Position numbers and translations under genes: made by a program
The notes under the pieces: generated by a model
Told to the model about the DNA's origin: nothing
Database searches by the model: none
What the model saw: the letters and a program-made list of their open reading frames with translations, nothing else
Shown: one piece after another, positions 53,026 to 61,543 of the stretch
How positions within the stretch are numbered: position 1 is the stretch's first letter
How the letters are laid out: every line of letters starts with the position of its first letter
Assembly: GCA_965644315.1 (NCBI GenBank)
Contig: CBFFRQ010000025.1
Span: 1-61,543 of the forward strand
Reading direction: 5' to 3'
Length of the DNA stretch: 61,543 nt
Origin: Caecitellus pseudoparvulus
Taxonomy: Eukaryota > Protista > Bigyra: Bicosoecida

Positions 53026-53097
53026 TTGCGTGTGTGGGGGCGTGTGTCGCCCCGGAAGTGTGTGCGTGTGGCGGGTGTGTGGCTTTGCCGTGGCGCT

Positions 53098-53191
53098 CTG
53101 CTCTGTGATGACTGGACTTACCCAGCTCGCTTCGACCTCGTCGGATGAAGAGAACTTTCGTCCCCAACTCACGTACCTTGTCTGAGAGCAG
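53098..53191 (+). ncRNA. Box C/D snoRNA candidate B, U29/snR71-like (copy 2)
   Basis: Identical to 35289-35382. Confidence 0.75.
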
Positions 53192-53816
53192 TGTGTCGTG
53201 TGCCCCGCAGCGTGTTGGCGTGTGGCTGGTTGGCTGGCGTGTCAGCTGGTGTTGGGTTGTCATGTTCCGCACGGCGTCGTGCTTCACGACTTGGCGCGTC
53301 GCTTTCTTGCGCAGGGGCGATGGAGTGCAGGCATGTGAAGAGTGTGGTCAGGGCGTGGAGGTGGGTGTGCATGTGTGTGTGTGCTGGGTGTGTGGCCGCC
53401 GCGAGGGAGCCGAAGGCATCCAATTGCAGCCCGGGCGTCCATGCTGGAGCTGTCCAGACACCTTCGCACAGCACGTGTGGGCCTTGAGTGCGGCGGGTGG
53501 TGGCCCTCGTGCTGAGGTGCGCCGCCTGCCCCCTTGGTCCCGGGCGTGGGTCCTTAAGGCGGCCACCCCCCTTCCGTGGCGAAGTATGTGCCGAGTTTGC
53601 CTGGGCATGGCGCACGGCAGTGAGGCATGTCCAGTGTGGGCCGGTGAGCATGCCGCCGTGACGCGGTTGGGAGCTCTGCGTGTCAGAGTGCATCCTGGGT
53701 GCTTCACTGAGTCATACCTGCGCGACATGCACAGGCAGCCTTGAATCGATGTGCTTGTGGAGTGGGAGCAATACATTTGACTTCACTCGCCACGCGGCGC
53801 TGGCTTGCAAGCTGTC

Positions 53817-55314
53817 TCACTTGCTGCCTGGGGCCCAGTTCGCGATCCACTTGCGGATGTGGGCCCGCTCAATGTTGCGTGCTTCGATGACGCTGGGCGG
53901 GTCGAGCGGGTTGGGGCTGCGCAGGTCCAGGTGGTGCGCACCGCCTTTGATGACATAGGCGATGACGCCTGCCTCAGGGCCACCCGTGACGTTGTATGTC
54001 ACGCCCCCTCCCTTCCAAGGGTCCAGGTCGCCGTTGGTGAAGACGATGTTGGAGTACTGGGCCAGGTGCTTGCCGCCGTAGTGCACTGCCACATACCCTG
54101 GGCGGGGGGTGATGCCGTATGCCTCCTGGCAGCCCTGCACATCCTGCGTCAGGTTCCAAGGTGCAGGCCAGAACATGTCTGAAGGGGGGCCGTACTGTCC
54201 AATGGGCATGACCATCTCCGTGCAGGACTGGTAGTTCCAGCCCGGCACCCGGAGACCAGGGGGGTTCAGGCTGCCGGTGTTGAAGCAGGTGGGCTCCTGC
54301 CCCGACGAGTTGTAGAAAACGTTCATGACGCCGCGCAGGGCGAGGAGGAGGGCCTTGTCGCCCATGTCAGCGGGGGAGCCGGTGAAGTAGCTGGCGCTGA
54401 CATTGATGGGGCTGCCCGGCATGGGGCCCAGGAAGGAGGCGGGGTACGGGTAGTCTGCCATGGCCATGAAGCCCAGCGCGTTGCTGATCCACTGGAACAG
54501 TGTGCCAGTCACGTCGTCGGGAGTGGCGAGGGGCTGGCAGGGCGAGAAGATGGAGTTGAGGGTGGAGAGGCCCGAGGGCGTGGAGGCCAGGCCCTCCATG
54601 ATGCCCCAGGAAGCGGCGATGCCTGCCGAGGCGTTGGCGTTGGCGTCGTGGAAGTCCCGTGTGATGATGCTCATGTACTGCCGCGGGTCCACCAGCCCTG
54701 TGAACTGCCAAATGGGCGCCGAGGCAGCGATGCCGCCCGCGAAGGTCCCGGGGTACTTCATGCGTGCCCAGGCGGTGAGCATGCCTCCGTAGGACCCCCC
54801 GAATGCGACGAAGGGGCAGTCGCCAGTCACGTTCACCTTGAGGGATTCCACCAGCGCAGCGTAGTCTGCGAGCGCCTGCTCAGAGCTGAGCCACTGCAGG
54901 TTGCTCGGCTTGGAGTATGTGCTGGACCCAAAGGGCATGGTTGCGCCATAGTACCTGTGTTCTGCAAACACCACCATGGCCCCGAATTCAGGCGCCAAAG
55001 TCCACACAAGGCCTGCGAGGGTGCAGGTGCAGTGCCCTTGGGCAAGGCGCAGCGACGCTGGGGACACGCCTGTGCCGCTCACCTGTGTTCTCGGCAAACA
55101 GCGTGATGTTGCCTTCGTTTCCGGTGTAGAAGAAGACAGGCCCCCCAGGCTTCCAGTGCTCCTTGGAGATCAAGTACCGCTGCTGAAACGTCGCTGTGTT
55201 GGAGAAGTCGAAGTGGTCCAGCTCCTGTGTGAACCACTTCGTCTCGTACTGCGGCGAAGCAGCGACCGACGCCAGAGCCAGAGCCGCGACGAGCACAGTG
55301 CCCAACGTTCTCAT
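53817..55314 (-). CDS. PRCP: Lysosomal Pro-X carboxypeptidase / DPP2 family (peptidase S28)
   Basis: Signal peptide; FTQELDHF, FYTGNEG; intron 55013-55082; AEHRYYG, QALADY, FGGSYGG (catalytic Ser), NGDLDPW (Asp), AHHLDLR (His). Confidence 0.93.
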
Positions 55315-55743
55315 GGTGCAAGTGACGAGCAGGCGCGGCGGGCGAGCGGGCGGCGAATCGTGCAGGAGCGCTTGCGATGCCACTGGCAAGCACTGAGAGA
55401 GCAGATGGGTGGGGAGCTGACAAGTCGCCTCCTCAAGCTCGCTGACAAGCGAGACATTGCTGTGGATTGTGCAGGTATGTGAATTGTACTGTCTGCCCGT
55501 GTGTTCTTCGGCTCCCGTGCTGTTGGAGCTTACTTTCGTTCTGACAACAGCTTGGAGAGCGCGGCCCTCGTGATCCTACCTGCAGCATGCAGTGCAATCC
55601 CAATCAATAAAATCAACACTGCACACGTGCCCAGTGCTTCAGCCTTACACTTTGATTGTATTTTCTTGCACTTCAAGCCCTGGAGATAGGTGCAATCGGA
55701 GGAGTTTGTTTGGCCTGGTGTCACCAATTTCCGCACTATCGCG

Positions 55744-57729
55744 ATGGACGCTGCCTCTGCGGTCCTCTCAGATGCGCTTCAAGCGCTTCACAGCGGATTC
55801 GTCCCGGATAAGCTTCCTTGCAGACTGCGTGAACGCACCCAGTTGCTCCGGCATGTGCGCTCCTGCCTGGCAGGCAACGAAGGCGGTGCAGTGTATGTCG
55901 CTGGGGCGCCCGGCACTGGCAAAACCGCAACGGTGGTGCGTCACACTGGCGTGCAGGTAGACTCCAGGTACGCCGTATCACCACCCCCACCCCCCATTTC
56001 CAGTCTCGTATCATCCATGATGTTCCCGCGCTGGCCGCTGACTGGGTGCGTCGCACGCGGGGAAACGCTTTGAATGACACAGGCCGTGCAGTGACACACC
56101 GCTGCCACTCCGCAGGGTTTGCAAGCGCCAGCGGTCGTGTACCTCAACGGCATGTCAATCTCTGGATCTTCAGAGGCGCTGTGGAAAGGACTGTGGCGTG
56201 GAATCGTCACACCAGCCCGGAGGAAGAAGCCCCCTCCAGCTGATGTGCGCGGCGCAGTGCGCAAGGTGCTGGCGCCAAAGCCCACGAAGAAAGGGCCCAC
56301 GAAGCAAATGGTCCTGTTCTTCTTGGACGAAATGGACGCCTTCTTACCCCGAGGCACCCTTGGCAGTGCCCCCAGCACGCGCAGCACCGCAGGTGTGCCG
56401 AAGCCTGCAAGCGCAAGCCCGCAGCGCAGCACGGCAGCGGGGCCTGCCAGTTCACCAGCTCGGCCTGTGGCGGGCGCTGGCACAGGCACCACTGCTGGGC
56501 AGTCTCAGCAGATGACTCCCAAACGAACCTCTGCATCACAAGGCTCGCAGTTGCGGGGTGGCGGGTCAGCCTGTGTGGACGCCCTGTACACGTTGTTTGA
56601 GCTGGCGAACTGCCACGGCTCGCGCCTCGTCCTGGTCGGCATGGCCAATGCCATTGACATGGTGAACCGGGCGCTGCCCAAGCTCCCCAGTCTGGGCCTC
56701 AAGCACTCCCGTGTGCTGTTCTCGCCCTACTCGCAAGCGCAAGTGCGGCGCATCGTGGAGGAGCGGCTGCAGGCTGTGGCACGCCACCCCCTCGCCCCAC
56801 CGCCAAAGCAGCCAAAGCAAGATGCTTCTGCGGTGGAGCCCCAACAATCGCTGTTTGCACCTGGCGCGCTGGACCTGCTCAGCAAGAAAGTGGCAGCCCG
56901 GAACGGCGACATGCGCCTCATGCTGCAGCTGCTACGCGAGTCCGTCATTGCAGCAGGGCGGCGGCTGGGGCTCACCCTGTGCCACTCCCCCCGCCCAGGC
57001 AGCCCCGCAGACGGGGAGCCCGGGGACCCACACCCCACCTGCGATGGCAGCCAGGCCTCAGAGCCCTGCTCCGCGCTGCGTGCGTCCCCCTGCCACAGCG
57101 TGCCGAGCCCTCAGCGAGTGGGCGGATGCAAGCGGGCACGAGCGTGCGAGGACCCAGCTGCGCCGCAGGTGACGGTGACCCTGCTCGACGCGCTGGCTGC
57201 AACGCGCAGCGTGCTGTCGTCGCCCTACGTCGCCACGCTGCGTGCCCTGCCGCTGAACTGCCAGGTGGTCGTGGCGCTGGCAGCGGCAGTGGCCAGGGCC
57301 AAGAAGGTGAAGCAGGTTCCCCTGGACACCAGTGTGAATGTGTGGGCCAACAAGGGCTGGGGTGCTGCTGTGGCGCCTGCCACGCCGCCAGCTGCCAGCA
57401 TTCGCTCAGCTGGCTCCAGCGTGACGGTGGGGGAGCTCAACACCGCCTTCAATCGGGTGGCGCGCAGGAAGCTGCTGGACGTGCACGGCGTGACGGGGAG
57501 TGAGTTCGGGGACCTCGTCTCACGTGCCGTGGAAGGGGGCATGCTAGCCGTCTCGTCGGGAGCTGGGCGCTCGAAAGGCGCCGTGGCGGAGTGGGGACTG
57601 GGCTTCGGCGTGGGTGTGCGCTTGCGGGTGAACGTCAGCGAGGAAGACGTGGAAGCTGCGCTCAAGTCAGGCCCCCTGTGGTCTGTGCTATCAAGTGAAT
57701 TGCAAGGCCTGGGCAGCGTGAGGAAGTGA
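55744..57729 (+). CDS. CDC6: Cell division control protein 6 (AAA+ replication licensing factor)
   Basis: LPCRLRE, Walker A GAPGTGKT, Walker B LFFLDEMD, LYTLFE, LVGMANAID, FSPY, KKVAARNGDMR. Two short introns between ~55933 and 56115. Confidence 0.9.
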
Positions 57730-57771
57730 GGGGCCCTGCGCGCTGCCCGGGGAGAGGGGCAGGCTGCGTGT

Positions 57772-59763
57772 CTACTGCGCAGCTGACCCGCTGGCTGCCT
57801 GCTTCAGCGCCAAGTTCTCAGCGCGCACCGCTTCCAAGTCCGCCTTGACCTGCGCTGTGCGCGCTGGGTCCACGTGCCGCTTCAAGTCGTCGATGTGCGT
57901 CTGCACGTCCCGTTCTTCGTTCTCCGCTGCTGCGATGTCAGCCACGGTGGTGCGGAGATCGTGGAACAGCTCCTGCATCATGGTCAAGTTGCGGTAGGCT
58001 TCGATGTGCGTGGTCTGCTTCTTGCCTGGCGCCTGGGCAGCTGCGAAGATGAGGGACTCGGTGGCGGCAGTGGTGCGGCCCAGCTTGTCGGCGCTCATGC
58101 CTGCCGCCCGCTGCAGGCCCTTGATCTCTGCCATGACCTTGCCGATCTCCCCCTGCTGCTTCCGCACTTCCCGCACGATCTCCAGGATGCGCTTCGTGTA
58201 CTCGTTGCGGTTGTGGTCCTGGGGCAGTGACTGCAGCTGTGCCGACAGCTGGCCCACCTTGGCCTCGCGAGCCTTGATGTCGCTGCCCATGCCTGCCATC
58301 TCGGAGCGGATGGCTGACATCTCCGACACCATCTCCTCGCACCGGGCCCGGCGCTTGGCCAGGGCGACCTTGTACCGCCGAATGCCCTCCACCAGGGGTC
58401 GGCGCCGCAGCTCCCACTGTGCGGCCAGCTCCACCAGTCGGTCAGCCACTGCACTGCACTTGCCTTGCAATTCAGGAATGATGGTGTCGGCCTGCGGCAC
58501 CAGCGCCAGCGTGGACTTGGCTTCGCGGAGTTTCGTCTCCAGCTCCCGCGTGGATGCCAGAGTGTCCGACAAGTTGCTTCGCAGCTGCACCGCGCTTCGC
58601 TCTGCGTCAGCAGTGGTGTGCTGCAGAGCAGCGGCCTCTGCCTCGGCCGCGGCAAGCTGGCGCGCCAGGTCCTCCAGCTCCCCCTCCCGCTCCGCTGCCA
58701 GTTCCTCTTCCGTCTTGCCCCCGGCCTCTGTGGCCTGCGCAGCGCCGACGTCCTCTGGCGCAGCAGCGGCCTTCTCCTGCGTCATGATGGCCTTGGCCTT
58801 GAACCCTGTCACGCTGGCAGCCGGCCGCCTGCTGGCGCGGATGCGCGCTGCCATGCTGTCCAGGGACAACGCACTGCCCGCCCCGAAGCCTGCGCCGTCC
58901 GAGGCCTGGGAAAAGGCAGTGCGTACCTGCGACGCCAGGGCCCCCCGCCGCCCCGCAAACAGGCGCTGGACACCTTCCATGCCTGCTCGCTCCAGGTCCG
59001 CCTCGTGCAGACGACTGCGCTCGCCGCGAGCTCCGTCCGCCTCGTGCAGGGCGACGAGCAGCCCAGGCATGCTGGGGGCTCGCGCTGACACCAGCGGCTG
59101 AATGGTGGACACGAACTGCACCTGGTCCGGCGTGCCGGCCAGGAAAGGCTCGGGACGGTGCAGGCGGCGTGTGACGACGCGCCGAGGTCCAGCCTTGCTG
59201 GCCTTGGGGGCCGTCCACGGCGTGGAGACCCACTTGCCCATGGCTTGCTTGAGGCTCTGCTCCAAGGCGGATTCCAGCTCCTGTCCTGCATCTGCATCTG
59301 CGTCGTCCTGGGGCAGCTTGGAGACGAGGAAGGTGGCGATGCTGCGCACGTCCGCGTCGCTGGGGTACAGCATCTGGTTGAAGCCGGCCTCCCCTCGGAA
59401 GCCTAAAGCCTGCAATGCAACGCAAGAGGGAGAGCAGGTGGTACGCCGCAGCGGGCGGGTGTTCAGGGGCGGCCACCCACCTTGATCTTCTTCCCGAGAG
59501 CTGCACCTGCCCTGTGGCGGGCAGCAACATTCGCTGGCAAGGAGCCAGCATTGCCGCTGTCGCCAAGCACCACGTCCAGAGCAGACGAGACGAGGCCAAA
59601 CCAGACATGTGCTTCCAAGCCTTTCAGAGAGTCCACCTCATCCGGGATAATGCTGCGCGAGAGCAAGCAGACCGGTGAAGGAGGGTGGACCTAAAGTGCA
59701 CTGCACCACGCACCAGCCAGCACTGCGCAGCGTCCCCAGCACGATGGCGTCAGCTTCATCCAT
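57772..59763 (-). CDS. CCDC22: CCDC22 (CCC/Commander complex)
   Basis: N-terminus MDEADAIVLGTLRSAG, then spliced LPANVAARHR..LGFRGEAGFNQMLYP..FLVSKLP. C-terminal coiled coil with QWELRRRPL, RNEYTKRILEIV and AYRNL. Confidence 0.9.
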
Positions 59764-60413
59764 GGCGATGGGCAGCACAAGCAAGGAACTTCAACTGTAA
59801 AACGTGCCGCAACAAGAGCCACTTCAAGAACGCTCGTTCTGGCAGCTGTGGTAGCTTCGGGTGTGAGCCGATGGTGGTGTTGGTCTGGCTTGTGGGTGGG
59901 CGATGGGCGTAGGCAGTGCGCTTCCTGATCAGGGGGGTAAGACTATGTAAAGTTATCCCTTTCAGGTAGTGTGAATTTGTACGTTTTGTTGTTGGAAAAC
60001 TGAGTTGCCAGCCGTGCAACGCTTGGTGTGTGCACGTGAAGGAAAGGCCAGCAAACGCGCCACCTCCGTGCACAACAAAGCCGAGAACGCTGGTGCAGGA
60101 GCTGGGCAGAGGAGGTGCCTTTGTTCATACACTAACGAGCAATGCGGGGTGCAGACGTTGAGCATGCAGGCTCCACCCAAGTGCCGTCGCGTCAAGACTG
60201 ACTTGAGAACCTGCCAGCTGCTTGCCAGTCCCAACCAGACTGCATGAACAAGCTTGCCACGTCACAAAAGCCACAAAGTCCAGGTGACAAGCATGAAGGC
60301 ACTGAACACTGACCTGCGTTCAAAGTGGCGTGGTCTTTTTGGGGACCTGCAGTGCTGCCAGCGAGGACTCGCTGGGAGCGGACCAGTTGCAATCCACCGA
60401 CCTTCTTCTCGGA

Positions 60414-61543
60414 TCAAGGCCGCACTGCAACACGGACTCTCAGCAAGAGCATTGAACGCCGCCCTTGCCGAGTACTTGTGCCAGCCCATACTGCGTCGCG
60501 GGCAGCTTGCGCGGCGAACCCCCCTTCTTGTCGCCAGACTTGAGCTGGGATGGCGCGGTGCCCTCTGAGGCCCACCAGCTCACGCACGATGTCTGTGTGA
60601 CCCTTGGCGCATGCCTCTCGGAAGGCGGCCTCAGGTCCATCCTCATCCGCCGCGTGCACATCGACTTCCCGTGCCCCAGTGAGACCCAGCAGCTCACGCA
60701 CGATGCCTGTGTGGCCTTCCCGGCATGCACATCGGAATGCGGCCTCAGGTCCACCCCAACCTGCTGCATGCACATCCACTTCTTGTGCACCAGTGAGAGC
60801 CAACAGCTCACGCACGATGTCTGTGTGACCATTGGCGCATGCCCATCGGAAGGCGGCCTCGGGTCCATGCCAACCTGCTGCATGCACATCCACTGCCCGA
60901 GCACCAGTGAGAGCCAACAGCTCACGCACGATGCCTGTGTGGCCATTGGCGCATGCCCATCGGAATGCGGCCTCAGGTCCATACTCATCCGCCGCATGTA
61001 CATCGACTTCCCGCGCTCCAGTGAGGCTCAGCAGCTCACGCACGATGTCAGTGCGGCCACGAGCGCATGCCAATCGGAAGGCGGCCTCAGGCCCATACTC
61101 ATCCGCCGCATGTACATCGACTTCCCGTGCCCCAGTCAGAGCCAGCAGCTCGCGCACGATGTCAGTGCGGCCACGAGCGCATGCCCGTCGGAAGGCCACC
61201 TCAGGTCCATCCTCATCCGCCGCATGTACATCCACAGCCCGCGCCCCAGTGAGACCCAACAGCTCACGCACGATGTCTGTGTGACCATTGCTGCATGCCA
61301 ATCGGAAGGCGGCCTCAGGCCCATACTCATCCGCCGCATGTACATCGACTTCCCGCGCTCCAGTGAGGCTCAGCAGCTCACGCACGATGTCAGTGCGGCC
61401 ACGAGCGCATGCCAATCGGAAGGCGGCCTCAGGGCAAAAGCCTGCAAAGATAAACTCAACTGAAGTTTTATCCGCCGCGTGCACGTTCACCTCCCGCGCT
61501 CCAGTGAGACCCAGCAGCTCACGCACGATGTCGAGGTGGCCAT
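60414..61543 (-). CDS. 38-aa ankyrin-type repeat protein (5'-truncated by the window edge)
   Basis: About 8-9 repeats with a 114-bp period, e.g. GRTDIVRELLSLTGAREVDVHAADEYGPEAAFRLACAR. Same C-terminal tail as 144-1166. Confidence 0.85.
   Translation of the reverse strand, partial: GHLDIVRELLGLTGAREVNVHAADKTSVEFIFAGFCPEAAFRLACARGRTDIVRELLSLTGAREVDVHAADEYGPEAAFRLACSNGHTDIVRELLGLTGARAVDVHAADEDGPEVAFRRACARGRTDIVRELLALTGAREVDVHAADEYGPEAAFRLACARGRTDIVRELLSLTGAREVDVHAADEYGPEAAFRWACANGHTGIVRELLALTGARAVDVHAAGWHGPEAAFRWACANGHTDIVRELLALTGAQEVDVHAAGWGGPEAAFRCACREGHTGIVRELLGLTGAREVDVHAADEDGPEAAFREACAKGHTDIVRELVGLRGHRAIPAQVWRQEGGFAAQAARDAVWAGTSTRQGRRSMLLLRVRVAVRP

Larger units (their letters stand above)
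52695..53809 (+). repeat. ~1.1-kb non-coding cassette, copy 2 (putative snoRNA host locus)
   Basis: Direct repeat of 34876-35996. Ends 7 nt from the PRCP stop codon. Confidence 0.92.

Noticed and set aside
34876-53809. LTR retrotransposon bounded by the two 1.1-kb direct repeats
   Set aside because: The interior holds ordinary cellular genes, with no gag/pol and no target-site duplication.
59951-59960. snR38-like guide AGTTATCCCT
   Set aside because: No adjacent D box or C box, and the sequence is buried in a hairpin.

Overview
This is gene-dense, GC-rich eukaryotic genomic DNA, not prokaryotic. It carries about 23 protein genes with short (mostly 65-90 nt) GT-AG introns, usually with a GTGCG donor; the style suggests a heterotrophic protist, possibly a stramenopile (inference only). 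Recognisable genes: peroxisomal MFE-2, an NDRG-like protein, a GST-domain ArgRS, a full-size ABCG/PDR transporter, a Zn2Cys6 factor, a Tim17/22-like protein, PSPH, IMP3, SRP receptor alpha, SEL1L/HRD3, PRCP, CDC6, CCDC22, two 38-aa ankyrin-type repeat paralogues and several coiled-coil or disordered hypotheticals. The stand-out is one ~1,860-aa gene (21614-27353, minus strand) fusing an atypical CYP74-like cytochrome P450, a multi-pass membrane domain and a C-terminal lipoxygenase, which is a candidate membrane-embedded oxylipin synthase. Also notable are a 1.1-kb non-coding cassette duplicated 17.8 kb apart that carries two box C/D snoRNA candidates (one U29/snR71-like), a structured ~450-nt intergenic RNA candidate, a two-domain protein of an unrecognised family, and a recurrent AATGYA motif just after stop codons. 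All calls come from reading motifs by eye; no searches were run.
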